64,000 nucleotides of DNA from an uncultured Gammaproteobacteria bacterium (lineage in GTDB: Bacteria; Patescibacteriota; Patescibacteriia; Buchananbacterales; UBA6539), in the NCBI GenBank assembly GCA_964540635.1, contig CAZINP010000005.1, forward strand, positions 24,890 to 88,889, read 5' to 3'. How positions within the stretch are numbered: the first letter of the stretch is position 1; every line of letters begins with the position of its first letter. Made by a program: the position numbers and the translations under genes. Under the pieces are notes generated by a model that searched no databases, was not told where the DNA came from, and saw only the letters and a program-made list of their open reading frames with translations. Shown piece by piece: positions 28,223 through 39,019 of this stretch.

Positions 28223-29281
28223 TTAAGGTTGATATTTTTCATAAATCAGTTTGGCTATTCTCTCGGCCGCATCAGTCTTTAAAACCTTGGGAATATTTCT
28301 CTTGTAATTTTCCAGCAAAGATTCATCTTTTAACATGGCTTTAATTTTTAAAACCAATTTCTCCGGGGTTAACTCCGATTCATTGACCAGGGCCGCGGCG
28401 TTGTTTTTATAGAATTCCAAAGCGTTGGCTTCCTGATGCGATTTTGGCATAGGAATAATTAAAGCCGGTTTTTTCAGTGCCGCCAACTCCGTTAAAAATC
28501 CCATGCCGGCACGAGTAATTACCAAATCAGCCGAAGCCAAAGCATCTTTTAGCTGATGGGTTAAAAAATCAAATTGTTTGTATCGGCCATCCTGAAATTC
28601 TTGATTGACCTTACCGCCCGTTACATGAATTATCTGACAAAATTTAACAAGCTCGGGTGCTGCCAACAAAATCAATTTATTTAAATTTGCCGCACCGGTT
28701 CCACCGCCAACTACCAAGATCGTCTTAATTCCATCTTCCAGATCAAAAAGTTTTTTTGAGGCAACCAAATCGGCGCTAAAAATATCAGCCCTCACCGGAT
28801 TGCCAACCAATCTCGTCTTCTCCAAATCAAAATCATTAAGCGATTTCTCCATGGCAACCGTGATTATATCAGCCTTTTTTGCCATTAATTTGTTGGCCAA
28901 GCCGGCAATCACATCTTGCTGGTGAATTAAAACCTTTGCCTTGCCGGCGTTTGCATAAACCAACGGCACAGAAACAAAGCTGCCGGCACTGATTATCCAG
29001 TCTGGATTAAATTTTTTTAAAATCGACATTGACTCCAAGTAACCCAAAAAAATAAAAAACGGATCAATAAAATTTCTTAAAGAAAAATAACGTCTTAATT
29101 TTCCCGAGTAAATATTTATTATTTTTAGGTCTGGCGAGGCCAATAGTTCGGCAACCGGGTCATTTTTGGGACAAACCCAAAGAAATTGAGCCTGAGGGTC
29201 AATTTTTTTTATTGCCTGATAAATTGAAATCAACGGGGTAACAGAACCGCCGGTTCCACCGCCCGAAAGCAAAATTTTCAT
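28223..29281 (-). CDS. murG: Undecaprenyldiphospho-muramoylpentapeptide beta-N-acetylglucosaminyltransferase MurG
   Basis: 352 aa; ILLSGGGTGG N-terminal G-loop, GT28 C-terminal domain. Confidence 0.9.
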   Translation of the reverse strand: MKILLSGGGTGGSVTPLISIYQAIKKIDPQAQFLWVCPKNDPVAELLASPDLKIINIYSGKLRRYFSLRNFIDPFFIFLGYLESMSILKKFNPDWIISAGSFVSVPLVYANAGKAKVLIHQQDVIAGLANKLMAKKADIITVAMEKSLNDFDLEKTRLVGNPVRADIFSADLVASKKLFDLEDGIKTILVVGGGTGAANLNKLILLAAPELVKFCQIIHVTGGKVNQEFQDGRYKQFDFLTHQLKDALASADLVITRAGMGFLTELAALKKPALIIPMPKSHQEANALEFYKNNAAALVNESELTPEKLVLKIKAMLKDESLLENYKRNIPKVLKTDAAERIAKLIYEKYQP

Positions 29282-29376
29282 ACAAATCAGTCCTTATTTT
29301 AACATAAATCTTTTTAAAAATCAATCAAAAAACCGAATTATTTTCGGCTTCTTGATGATATTAAATTTTATCAATT

Positions 29377-30558
29377 TTATTGATCTTCTTTGCGAAAACG
29401 AGAAACGCCGACTAAAATACCGGCCGCGGCCATAGTCGCAGCCAATGACGTACCACCATAACTGATAAACGGCAAAGGAATACCAGTCAGCGGCATTAAA
29501 CTGATGATGGCAGCAATATTAAAAAATGCCTGAAAAACAAACCAAGCCACTATCCCAACCACAATAAAACGTCCATAATCATCGTCAATTGTTTTATAAA
29601 TCTTTAAGCCTCGCCAGGCCAAAAATAAAAAAGCGACTATCACGAATGAAGCAAAAATAAAACCGATTTCTTCTGAAATAATTGCAAAAATTGAATCACC
29701 AATCACTTCTGGCAGATAAGCGAATTTTTGTCTTGATTGGCCAAAACCTAAGCCTAGCCAACCACCGGAACCAACGGCAATAAGCGCTTGATTTATCTGA
29801 TAGCCACTCCCTTGCGGATCCAAAGAGGGGTCAAGAAAGGTCATTAATCTGGCAATTCGATATGGTGCGGATAAAAGCAGTGCGCCCAAACCGACCAAGC
29901 CGCCAAAGGCAAGTAAGGCCAAATGAAGCAAATTTGCGCCGGCCACAAAATAAACCGAAACAGCAATTGCCGTAAGGGCCATTAACGTACCAATATCAGG
30001 CTGGAGAATAATAAGCAATGATATGGCGCCAAAAATTATGGCGAATGGCACAAAACCATTCCAAAAATCTCGGTTCCTCTCTTTGCCCCGATAAGAGAAC
30101 CAGCCAGCCAAAGACATGATTAGTAAAAGCTTAACCACTTCCGCCGGCTGAAGAGAAATACCAAAAATATTCACCCAGCTGTGCGACCCCTTACCATAAG
30201 TCGAACCGATGCCTGGAATAAAAACCAAAAGCAACAAAAAAAGAGAGGCAATAAAAAAAGCAACCGTATGTTTTTCCCATTTTTTATAATCGGCTCTTGC
30301 TAAAAAAATAAATAAAAGCACACCCGGAATAAAGCCGCGCGAAAATTGGCGCCACAAAACCACATACGTCCCACCGTATCGCCTAAAAGATTCAACGGCC
30401 GAAGCCGAAGAAAGCATAATCAACCCAAAAGCAATTATGCCAAAAATCAAACTTATTAAAAACCAATCCGCGCCCGGGATTAAATCTTTGATTCCGGAAA
30501 ATTTATTTTTTTTTGCAGGAGAAATTCTATTTTTTTTTGCCGAATGAAGATACTTCAT
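29377..30558 (-). CDS. ftsW: SEDS-family peptidoglycan glycosyltransferase FtsW/RodA
   Basis: 393 aa; 10 TM, conserved SEDS loops; between murD and murG. Confidence 0.85.
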   Translation of the reverse strand: MKYLHSAKKNRISPAKKNKFSGIKDLIPGADWFLISLIFGIIAFGLIMLSSASAVESFRRYGGTYVVLWRQFSRGFIPGVLLFIFLARADYKKWEKHTVAFFIASLFLLLLVFIPGIGSTYGKGSHSWVNIFGISLQPAEVVKLLLIMSLAGWFSYRGKERNRDFWNGFVPFAIIFGAISLLIILQPDIGTLMALTAIAVSVYFVAGANLLHLALLAFGGLVGLGALLLSAPYRIARLMTFLDPSLDPQGSGYQINQALIAVGSGGWLGLGFGQSRQKFAYLPEVIGDSIFAIISEEIGFIFASFVIVAFLFLAWRGLKIYKTIDDDYGRFIVVGIVAWFVFQAFFNIAAIISLMPLTGIPLPFISYGGTSLAATMAAAGILVGVSRFRKEDQ

Positions 30559-31946
30559 TTTTTGTTTTTTTTAATTATTTGATTGAATTGAATGCCGCGA
30601 TCATACTCATTGATAAATAAATTAAAACTGGCACAAGCCGGCGATAGCAAAATAATATCTCCTTTCTTGGCAAAACTTTGAGCAACCGAAACTGCATCAA
30701 TCATCTTATCAAAACCGACGGCAATTTTCTTTATTTTTAAAAATTTTAAAAGCTGATCTGTCCCCTTCCCTTTGAATAAAACAACTGCCTTGCAGGTTTT
30801 AGCAACAATTCCGGCCAATTCTTTATATTTTTGATCGGGAATATTTTTGGTATCCCCGCCGGCAATCAGAATTATATTTTTTTTCAAAGACTTTAGTGCA
30901 GCCATTGTTCCGTCCGGTGTGGTGGCGGTTGTGTCATTGATATATTTTATTCCATCAAAATTTGCAATCAGCTCCATTCTAAACGGCAAGCCTAAAAAGG
31001 TCCTGAGCACTTTTTTAATTTTAGAAGCGGCAACATTGAAAATTCCAGCCACCGCCAATGCGGCTAAGACATTCTCCAAATTGTGCTGACCCAAAAGTTT
31101 AATTTCACTGACCTTGGCCAGCTTTTCTTCTTGACCAAACAACCTGAAATAAATATTATCGTTTCTGACAAACACGCCATTTTGTTCCTTAAAATAATTC
31201 TTGGAAAACCATAACCGATGACCATTAGCCAAAGCCGCCATCTTTTTAGTTTCTTGATTATCAAGATTAAAAACTGCCAAATCATTGGACTTCTGTGAAG
31301 AAAAAATCATTTCCTTGGCGGCAATATAATCTTTCATGCCCCCATATCGATTTAAATGATCGGGATATACATTAGTAATTACCGCAACCTGTGGGCTAAT
31401 TTTTTGCTCACCTAAAATTTCCAATTGCCAGGAGGAAAGCTCCAAAACCGTCAAATCGTTGGGTTTTATTTTATCCAAAATTGCCATCATTGGATTCTGG
31501 GGCTGACCCGCCAACCTAACCGTTGAATATTTTTCTTTCAAAAAACTATAAATCAAATTACTGGTTGTTGACTTTCCCCTGGTACCGGTTACGCCAATAA
31601 TGGCGCTTGGACAATTTTTAAAAAATAAACTCGCCTCATTTTCAATCAAAACACCCGCCTTTCTGGCGGTTTTAATATATTCTGAATTCGCCGGCATGCC
31701 GGGATTTTGGATAACAATATCGGCTGTCTTAAAATCAACTAAACGATGGCGACCCAAAACCAATTTAGCCTTACCTTTTATTTTTTTTACCGAATCAGCA
31801 AGCTCTTTGGCACTTTTAAGGTCGGTTACTGTAACTTTAGCCCCATGCTTAATCAGCCAATTGGCCGCCGCTAACCCCCCGCCATGCAAACCCAAACCGG
31901 CAACTGTTACTTTTTTATTTTTATAATCCTGACACATAAGGTGCAA
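30555..31946 (-). CDS. murD: UDP-N-acetylmuramoylalanine--D-glutamate ligase MurD
   Basis: 463 aa; N-terminal VAGLGLHGGG, GTRGKSTT P-loop. Confidence 0.9.
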   Translation of the reverse strand: MHLMCQDYKNKKVTVAGLGLHGGGLAAANWLIKHGAKVTVTDLKSAKELADSVKKIKGKAKLVLGRHRLVDFKTADIVIQNPGMPANSEYIKTARKAGVLIENEASLFFKNCPSAIIGVTGTRGKSTTSNLIYSFLKEKYSTVRLAGQPQNPMMAILDKIKPNDLTVLELSSWQLEILGEQKISPQVAVITNVYPDHLNRYGGMKDYIAAKEMIFSSQKSNDLAVFNLDNQETKKMAALANGHRLWFSKNYFKEQNGVFVRNDNIYFRLFGQEEKLAKVSEIKLLGQHNLENVLAALAVAGIFNVAASKIKKVLRTFLGLPFRMELIANFDGIKYINDTTATTPDGTMAALKSLKKNIILIAGGDTKNIPDQKYKELAGIVAKTCKAVVLFKGKGTDQLLKFLKIKKIAVGFDKMIDAVSVAQSFAKKGDIILLSPACASFNLFINEYDRGIQFNQIIKKNKK

Positions 31947-31958
31947 AATTTTTTAAAA

Positions 31959-32999
31959 TTAAATCTTGTCTCCCAAAAATAAAATCAAGCCGATTACCGC
32001 ACTGACGGCCGCTATTACCCAAAAACGCATAACAATTTTCGGCTCGGGCCAGCCAATAGCCTCTAGGTGATGATGTAGGGGCGAAGAAATAAAAAACTTT
32101 CTGCCCAAGAATTTTTTAAAAAACATTTGGATAATAACCGAAAGCGTTTCAATTACAAAAATCAAACCAATTACCGGCAAAAGCAAGGCTGAATTCGTAA
32201 GCATCGCAATTACGCCCAAGGTAACCCCCAAAGACATTGAACCGGTATCGCCCATAAAAAAGCGCGCCGGATTAATGTTGTACCACAAAAAAGCCAAAAG
32301 AGCGCCGGAAATAACGCCGCAAAAAGTGGCTAAATCGTAATGTCCTCTGGCAAAAGCAATAGCGCCATAAGAAGTAAAAGCCGCCAAAAGAGTTCCGCCA
32401 GCCAAACCATCCAGGCCATCAGTCAAATTAACTGAATGAGCCGTAGCGGTAATAATAAAAATAAAAAATGGTACATACCACCAACCGATATCAATATTTC
32501 CATAAAAGGGCACGTGCAAAACCGTCCAGCTTAATTTGTAATAAAACCAGTACGCGCCGAAAATGGCAATCAAACCATAAATAATGAACCGATGACGCAT
32601 TCTTAATCCGCCGCCATTCAACCCCATCCTTTTAACATCAATCAAATCATCAATCAGACCGACAATTGCCGAGGCAACTAGGGCGCCAAGGGGCAAAAGC
32701 GTTTCAGAACGAGAAAAAAAGTTCAGTTTCGACCAGACTCCGCCAAAAATTTCTGACAAAATAAAAAATAATATGATTAAAAATAAAGTCGTAACCCAAA
32801 CCAAAATTCCGCCCATAACCGGCGTCCCTGCTTTTTTTTGATGCATTGAAGCAAAAACCGGCGCCTGTTTTGAATCCCTAATACCTTTTCCTAGATTGTA
32901 TTTATATAAAAAATGAGTTAAAAACGGCGTCCAAGCAAAAGCAATTACAAACGATATCGTGCTTAACAGAAATATTTTTGTAACAATAAAACTGGTCAT
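31959..32999 (-). CDS. mraY: Phospho-N-acetylmuramoyl-pentapeptide-transferase MraY
   Basis: 346 aa; polytopic membrane protein with NLTDGLDGLA motif. Confidence 0.9.
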   Translation of the reverse strand: MTSFIVTKIFLLSTISFVIAFAWTPFLTHFLYKYNLGKGIRDSKQAPVFASMHQKKAGTPVMGGILVWVTTLFLIILFFILSEIFGGVWSKLNFFSRSETLLPLGALVASAIVGLIDDLIDVKRMGLNGGGLRMRHRFIIYGLIAIFGAYWFYYKLSWTVLHVPFYGNIDIGWWYVPFFIFIITATAHSVNLTDGLDGLAGGTLLAAFTSYGAIAFARGHYDLATFCGVISGALLAFLWYNINPARFFMGDTGSMSLGVTLGVIAMLTNSALLLPVIGLIFVIETLSVIIQMFFKKFLGRKFFISSPLHHHLEAIGWPEPKIVMRFWVIAAVSAVIGLILFLGDKI

Positions 33000-33002
33000 A
33001 AA

Positions 33003-33377
33003 TTAATAATTTAAATAAATGATAAAAACCGACGCAAAAAATAATATAAGTTGAACCAAAAAACCCACCCCGATTAAAAAATAAACCAGCAACGAATTAT
33101 TCTTATAAAAATAGAGGCTTAAAAATAAATTGACAATTAAAAAAGCTAGACCAAGCCCGGGAATAAAAAGGATCTGGTACCATGGCCCAAATAAATCCGG
33201 CCCAAAGTAAATATTATAGTGAAGCGGCATTAACCCCGGGAAAAATCTAACTCCCCAGGCCATAATCGACCACGTCAAGAAATTAAAGAATATGGCCAAA
33301 ACCAAAAGAGAGAGAATAGACTTGTCTTTAAGAAAAGATTTTATGGCAAGGGTTGTGTAGGTTTGATAGTTAAACAT
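33003..33377 (-). CDS. Small 4-TM membrane protein of unknown function at the 5' end of the mraY operon
   Basis: 124 aa, hydrophobic throughout. Confidence 0.35.
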   Translation of the reverse strand: MFNYQTYTTLAIKSFLKDKSILSLLVLAIFFNFLTWSIMAWGVRFFPGLMPLHYNIYFGPDLFGPWYQILFIPGLGLAFLIVNLFLSLYFYKNNSLLVYFLIGVGFLVQLILFFASVFIIYLNY

Positions 33378-33447
33378 AAAAAATAAATCAATTTAGATAC
33401 TTCTATATTTTAATAATAAATTGATATTTTGTCCACTTCCAAAAACT

Positions 33448-33476
33448 TTGTCCAATATTTGTTTTTGTGTTATAAT
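33448..33476 (+). promoter_or_regulatory. Promoter with extended -10 for the pilus operon
   Basis: TTGTCC-17 nt-TATAAT with TGT immediately upstream of the -10; about 85 nt 5'UTR before pilB. Confidence 0.5.
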
Positions 33477-33561
33477 AATTAAGCGTTTACACGAAACATT
33501 TGAAGAATCATCACGCAATCGGCTAAAACAAAAATATTATTCAAAAATATAAATAAATATT

Positions 33562-35304
33562 ATGTTTTCTGACGAACAATTGAAGTTAATCCTAGAAGAG
33601 ACAAACACACTCAAAGAATCAGATATCAGCGCCTACTTAAATGAAGCCAGCAAACGCAACCAAACCCTTGAAGAGCATTTGGTTGGTCAAAAGGTTTTAA
33701 ACGAAGAAAATATTTATCAGATTGCGGCTCAGTATTTTGACTTGCCGTTTATTAATCTTGACAGCAAGAATATTCGCAAAGATATTCTTTTTTTAATTCC
33801 CGAACCAATTGCCACAACACACAAAATAATTGCTTTTGAAAAAAATGAGACAGAACTAAAAATCGCCTCTATTAACCCACAGGATTTGCAGATCTTTGAA
33901 TTTTTAAGAAAAAAAACCGGCCTTGATACTAAAATTTATTTAGCCACTCCAACCGGAATCGGCGAGGCGCTTAAAAATTATCACAAAGGCCTTCAGGCGG
34001 AATTTAAGGAATTAACAAAAAATACAGTCTCCGAAGAAGACGACGGGCCACAAGACGAGGGCAAGGCAAAACTCAAAGAATTAGCACAAGACCTGCCCGT
34101 AATCAGAATTGTTGACACTTTGCTTGAATACGCCATATTTGAAAGCGCTTCCGACATACACATCGAACCGACAGAAAAAGAAGTTGTGGTTCGCTATCGC
34201 ATTGACGGAGTTTTGCGAAACGTAATGACTTTGCCCAAAAGCGTTCATCCGGGCATTGTGGCCAGGATAAAAATCTTATCAAACCTTAAAATTGACGAAC
34301 ATCGTTTGCCTCAAGACAGCCGATTTAAAATTGCAACCAATGAATATCGAGTATCTTTTCGTGTTTCAATTATCCCAACTTACGACGGCGAAAAAATTGT
34401 CTTACGCGTCTTAAATGAAAAAAGCAGTTTGATCAGTTTGGAACAATTGGGTTTTCAAAAAAGACCGCTGGAAAAAATTCAAGCAAACATTAAAAAACCT
34501 CACGGCATGATTCTCGTAACCGGACCTACCGGCTCCGGCAAAACCACCACGCTTTACTCAATCCTAAACATTCTCAATCGTCCGGAAGTAAACATCGTAA
34601 CAATTGAAGACCCGATTGAATACCGAATCCCCGGCTTAAACCAAAGCCAAGTAAACCCAAAGATTGGCTACACTTTCGCGGCCGGGCTGCGTTCATTTCT
34701 AAGACAAGACCCCAATATTATTATGGTTGGCGAAATCCGCGACCAAGAAACAGCCGAAATCGCCGTTAATGCCGCCTTAACCGGCCACTTGGTTCTTTCG
34801 ACTTTGCATACTAACGATGCGCCGACTACCCTGCCACGTTTAACGGAAATGGGAATACCGTCTTTTATGGTCTCCTCTACCACCAATGTAATTATTGCCC
34901 AAAGGCTTGTAAGAAAAATATGTCAGGATTGCATCGAAAGCTACAACCTAACAAAAGAAGATATTGCCAATTTAGAGAAACAAATCAATCTCGATCCGCT
35001 TATTTCAATGCTGGAAAAAGAAGGCTTGATTTCACCGAAGCAAGCAAAAACATCACTTCTGTTTTATCGCGGCAAAGGTTGTAAAAAATGCGGTAACTCC
35101 GGCTACAAGGGCCGAATGGGTATTTATGAGGTTCTGGAAGTAACTCCAAAAATTCAAGAAGCAATTTTGCGTTCAGCCAACGCCAACCAAATTTATGAGG
35201 TCGCCAAAAGCGAGGGCATGCTCACGATTATGGAAGATGGATTTATAAAAGCCAAAAGCGGAATAACCACCATAGAAGAAATCCTAAGAGTGACAAAAGA
35301 ATAA
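33562..35304 (+). CDS. pilB: Type IV pilus assembly ATPase PilB (GspE family)
   Basis: 580 aa; GSPII_E N-domain, Walker A GPTGSGKTTT, Asp/His boxes, C-terminal CxxC zinc motif. Confidence 0.9.
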   Translation: MFSDEQLKLILEETNTLKESDISAYLNEASKRNQTLEEHLVGQKVLNEENIYQIAAQYFDLPFINLDSKNIRKDILFLIPEPIATTHKIIAFEKNETELKIASINPQDLQIFEFLRKKTGLDTKIYLATPTGIGEALKNYHKGLQAEFKELTKNTVSEEDDGPQDEGKAKLKELAQDLPVIRIVDTLLEYAIFESASDIHIEPTEKEVVVRYRIDGVLRNVMTLPKSVHPGIVARIKILSNLKIDEHRLPQDSRFKIATNEYRVSFRVSIIPTYDGEKIVLRVLNEKSSLISLEQLGFQKRPLEKIQANIKKPHGMILVTGPTGSGKTTTLYSILNILNRPEVNIVTIEDPIEYRIPGLNQSQVNPKIGYTFAAGLRSFLRQDPNIIMVGEIRDQETAEIAVNAALTGHLVLSTLHTNDAPTTLPRLTEMGIPSFMVSSTTNVIIAQRLVRKICQDCIESYNLTKEDIANLEKQINLDPLISMLEKEGLISPKQAKTSLLFYRGKGCKKCGNSGYKGRMGIYEVLEVTPKIQEAILRSANANQIYEVAKSEGMLTIMEDGFIKAKSGITTIEEILRVTKE

Positions 35305-35306
35305 TT

Positions 35307-36401
35307 ATGCCAAAAGATCAAACAAAAAAACCCGGAAAATTAATGGCCTGGTTAAATAAACCAACTAAACTGCCAATCAATCAAAAAATATTTTTTATTC
35401 AGCAGCTGACTGTTATGCTTCAGGCTGGCATTTCCCTTTCAATTGCCCTAAAGACCCTGGCTCAGCAATCAGAATCAAAAGCCTTAAAAAATATTGTCCA
35501 GGGCCTTCAACAAACGGTTGAAAAAGGTAATACCCTATCAAAAGGTCTTGAGGCTTACCCAAAAATTTTTAATGATCTTTTTGTAAATATGATTAGGGCC
35601 GGTGAAAGCAGTGGCAAGCTCGAGGATGTCCTTAGAGAGTTATATATACAGATGAAAAAAGATCACGAAATTGTCAGCAAAGTAAAGGGGGCAATGACTT
35701 ATCCGGCCATTGTAGTAAGCATGATGGGAGTAATCGGAATAATAATGATGGTTTATGTCATCCCGTCAATGACCAGCGTTTTTAAAGAAATGAATGTTCC
35801 ATTGCCGTTGCCAACAAAAATTTTAATTTTTATCAGTGACTTTTTGGTAACTCAAGGCATTTGGGTTCTATTGGTGGTTATTATTTTCGTTGTTATTTTT
35901 TTGCGAGTTTTAAGAACCCCTCAAGGCAAATACGTTTTCCATAAAACTCTTTTAAAAACTCCCATCGTTGGAACGATAATCAAAAAAATTAACCTGGCAA
36001 GATTCTCTCGCACGCTAAGCTCTTTATTAAAAACAGACATACCAATCGTCCAATCATTTGAAATTACATCCAAAGTTCTGGGAAATGTAATCTACAAAAA
36101 AGCCCTCATTGAATCAATTGAGAAGGTTAAAAAGGGCGTTAGAATCAGCGAATCTCTCAACCCATACTCAAATATTTTTCCGCCGGTTGTTTTGCAGATG
36201 ATCTCGGTTGGCGAAGAAACCGGCGAGCTGGATAATATCTTAATTGAATCGGCGGTATTTTATGAAGAAGAGGTTAATCAAACCATGAGCAACTTGCCAT
36301 CAATAATAGAGCCGGTACTTATGGTAATTCTAGGCATTGCCGTTGGCGCAATGGCTATTTCTGTAATTTTACCAATGTATACCTTAGGTCAATCAATATA
36401 A
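35307..36401 (+). CDS. pilC: Type IV pilus inner-membrane platform protein PilC (GspF family)
   Basis: 364 aa; duplicated T2SSF domains, 3 TM. Confidence 0.85.
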   Translation: MPKDQTKKPGKLMAWLNKPTKLPINQKIFFIQQLTVMLQAGISLSIALKTLAQQSESKALKNIVQGLQQTVEKGNTLSKGLEAYPKIFNDLFVNMIRAGESSGKLEDVLRELYIQMKKDHEIVSKVKGAMTYPAIVVSMMGVIGIIMMVYVIPSMTSVFKEMNVPLPLPTKILIFISDFLVTQGIWVLLVVIIFVVIFLRVLRTPQGKYVFHKTLLKTPIVGTIIKKINLARFSRTLSSLLKTDIPIVQSFEITSKVLGNVIYKKALIESIEKVKKGVRISESLNPYSNIFPPVVLQMISVGEETGELDNILIESAVFYEEEVNQTMSNLPSIIEPVLMVILGIAVGAMAISVILPMYTLGQSI

Positions 36402-36853
36402 TGAACAAAAAAGATAAAAACCTGGGCATATCCCTGATTGAAATTTTAGCCATTGCCGGTGTAACGGTCCTGATAAGCTTAATCTCAATCCCCGCTTTTA
36501 TTGGTTATCAAAAAAATTCAAAACTGAAAAATGAAGCCAGGCAGTTGGCAACAAACATCCGCCTTGCTCAGCAACTAGCTATTACCACCCAAAACGTCTA
36601 CCAAATAAAAATTTTTTCTGAAAATGAAAAAAGATACCAAATACGAGATGAAAATAACGACACTACCATTAAGGACGTGCACTTTGACCCTGAGGTAAGA
36701 ATAAGTCAGATAGATAATTTTACCGACCAAATAATACGTTTTACTGCAACCGGCGGGGTCATCGAATCAGGAAATTTATATTTAGTCAATACCAATAATC
36801 AGACATCAACCTTACAAATTAAACCCTCTGGATATGTGCAAATTATCGACTAG
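36401..36853 (+). CDS. Prepilin-type pseudopilin, GspH/FimT-like
   Basis: 150 aa; class III signal ...NLG|ISLIEILAIAG with Glu5. Confidence 0.65.
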   Translation: MNKKDKNLGISLIEILAIAGVTVLISLISIPAFIGYQKNSKLKNEARQLATNIRLAQQLAITTQNVYQIKIFSENEKRYQIRDENNDTTIKDVHFDPEVRISQIDNFTDQIIRFTATGGVIESGNLYLVNTNNQTSTLQIKPSGYVQIID

Positions 36854-37256
36854 GGGGTTTAGCATCATTGAAGCTATGGTTGCCATAACGGTTTTGCTGG
36901 TTGGCATTGTTGCTATTACCGCTTTCTTTCCGACGAGCCTTAAAATCATTGGTGACTCCGAAGCGACAACAACAGCCACCAATTTGATAATGGCAAAAAT
37001 TGAAGAAGTCCAAGCCTTGCCCTATCAAAGCATTGTTGTTGGAGAATTTGAAAGCAAACACCGCCTCTCAAGCAATGGCGAGGACTATCTTTACTACTTT
37101 CAAAGATCAACAACCATAACTTATCTTGATCAAAATTTAAACGAAAGCGTCAGTGACGTTGGCTTTAAAAAAATTAGCGTCACCGTTTACTGGATTTCGG
37201 CTTTGGGCGGTAAAGAGAAGTCAATTACCATTAATACCATCAGGTCAATTTATTAA
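36834..37256 (+). CDS. Prepilin-type pseudopilin, GspI/PilV-like
   Basis: 140 aa; ...RG|FSIIEAMVAITVL prepilin signal. Confidence 0.65.
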   Translation: MCKLSTRGFSIIEAMVAITVLLVGIVAITAFFPTSLKIIGDSEATTTATNLIMAKIEEVQALPYQSIVVGEFESKHRLSSNGEDYLYYFQRSTTITYLDQNLNESVSDVGFKKISVTVYWISALGGKEKSITINTIRSIY

Positions 37257-37813
37257 TGACTAAACTTAAAAAAAATCTTGGTTTCACCCTCGCAGAGATG
37301 CTTATTTCTATTGTAATCATCTTGCTGGTTGTTTTAATGATTACGTCTATTTTCACACTGAGCCAGAGGTCTATGAGGCAGGCAAATAATAAAGCTGAAT
37401 TGATCCAAAACTCTCGCGTCGCCCTAGATTTAATGTCGCGCGAAATTAGGCAAGCCAAAAAGATTATTAGCGAACTCCCAACTTCAAATATCAACGCTTT
37501 GCATGAAATAACTTTTGAAGACGGCCACGATATTTCTGAAATTCATTATATAAATTACAGCCTGCAAGGCAACGAGGTTTACCGCCGAGTCTACATTTAC
37601 TTTTTTGATACAAATCCAGATATTTATGTCCACTATAACGATGTTGACGCCTTTGGTCCCCCCGAAAGCATGGTTATCGACGAAAAAGTAGTAGGCGAAT
37701 ATTTTGATGATTTAATTTTTTACGGCAACGGAAATATTAATATTGAAATGATCATGAAAAAAGACAATACTGAAATCTTTCTCAAATCGGTAATTAACCC
37801 AAGAAACACATGA
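37256..37813 (+). CDS. Prepilin-type pseudopilin, GspJ/PilW-like
   Basis: 185 aa; ...NLG|FTLAEMLISIVII prepilin signal. Confidence 0.65.
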   Translation: MTKLKKNLGFTLAEMLISIVIILLVVLMITSIFTLSQRSMRQANNKAELIQNSRVALDLMSREIRQAKKIISELPTSNINALHEITFEDGHDISEIHYINYSLQGNEVYRRVYIYFFDTNPDIYVHYNDVDAFGPPESMVIDEKVVGEYFDDLIFYGNGNINIEMIMKKDNTEIFLKSVINPRNT

Positions 37814-39018
37814 CCACTATTAACAATAAACAAGAAGGATTTGTCCTGATAACTTCCGTCATGATCTTAATGGCGATGCTTTTGGTTGGCTCATATTTAA
37901 TTTCCAGCTCAGACTCGGAAAATAAAATTTCCCAGGCTCAAACCGTAGCAACCAGGGATTATTACCTGGCCGAAACCGGCATTAATGAAATGCTCTGGAA
38001 AATTCAAAACAATCCCACCACAAAAAATAATTTCCTAGCCGGCACCTTAAGCGAAAGCGATAGCATAACCAGAAATAATGTTTTGGGTGACAGCCGAGCC
38101 TCATATAATGTGGCGGCTATCAATACCACCAGCTCAGAGGCCTGGATTATTGCCACGGCAACTTACCAACTAGCCGATCATGTTTCACAAAGAGTGGTAA
38201 AATCTTATATCTCAAAAGCAACAAATAATTACACTAATCCTTGGCCATTTTCTACATTTTCCGGCGGGCGAGGCGGGCAACAGAATGGAAATTTTAATTT
38301 TACCGGATCAGGAGTAGTTTTGATTTTAAACGGCGGGAGACTTCACGCCAATCAAGTTTTAAAAGTTCAAAAAGCAGAAATACAAATTAACGATGGCGTT
38401 GTTTCTTCCAGTAACGTCATTAATGAAACGGCTGGCGGTAAAATTACGCTAAATAACAGCTACAGGAGTGTGCCTACCAGCACCGTTGATATGCTTCAGA
38501 TTGATTTTGATAGCAGTGACCCAAATTCATGGAAGAGCCGCGCCACGGCAGTATATAGCACCAGCCAATTTAATTCCCTACCAAACAACACCACGCTTAA
38601 TGGCATCATCTTTGTAAATGGAAACGCCAGTGTTGTAGGGAAAAATATGACCATAAATGGCGTTTTGGTGACAAGCGGCAGTTTTTCACTCACAGAAGCG
38701 GGGCAAAATTTTACAGTTAATTTTGATCCGGCCTATGGCGGTGGTATTTTATCAAAAGGCAATTTATTTGTTACAACTTCCGGCGGTACGATTCTACTTA
38801 ACGGCCTAATATATTCCGGCAATAATCTTAACTTTACCAGCTCTGGTACAAATTTTATTATAAATGGAGCCATTGCCGGTTTTGATTCAAACATAACCGC
38901 TTCGGGAGGTGCTATCACCCTAAACTATACTCCAGCAAACATTGCCCCGGTTACCGATCCAACATATAATCCAAACGCACCATTAATAGTAATAACCCAC
39001 TGGGAAGAAGAATATTAA
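37810..39018 (+). CDS. GspK/PilX-like minor pilin with sequon-rich beta-helix-like C-terminal domain
   Basis: 402 aa; PilX_N-like QEGFVLITSVMILMAMLL; C-terminal half full of N-x-S/T repeats (NFNFTGSG, NMTINGV, NLNFTSSGTNF, NITASGG). Confidence 0.55.
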   Translation: MTTINNKQEGFVLITSVMILMAMLLVGSYLISSSDSENKISQAQTVATRDYYLAETGINEMLWKIQNNPTTKNNFLAGTLSESDSITRNNVLGDSRASYNVAAINTTSSEAWIIATATYQLADHVSQRVVKSYISKATNNYTNPWPFSTFSGGRGGQQNGNFNFTGSGVVLILNGGRLHANQVLKVQKAEIQINDGVVSSSNVINETAGGKITLNNSYRSVPTSTVDMLQIDFDSSDPNSWKSRATAVYSTSQFNSLPNNTTLNGIIFVNGNASVVGKNMTINGVLVTSGSFSLTEAGQNFTVNFDPAYGGGILSKGNLFVTTSGGTILLNGLIYSGNNLNFTSSGTNFIINGAIAGFDSNITASGGAITLNYTPANIAPVTDPTYNPNAPLIVITHWEEEY

Positions 39019-39019
39019 T

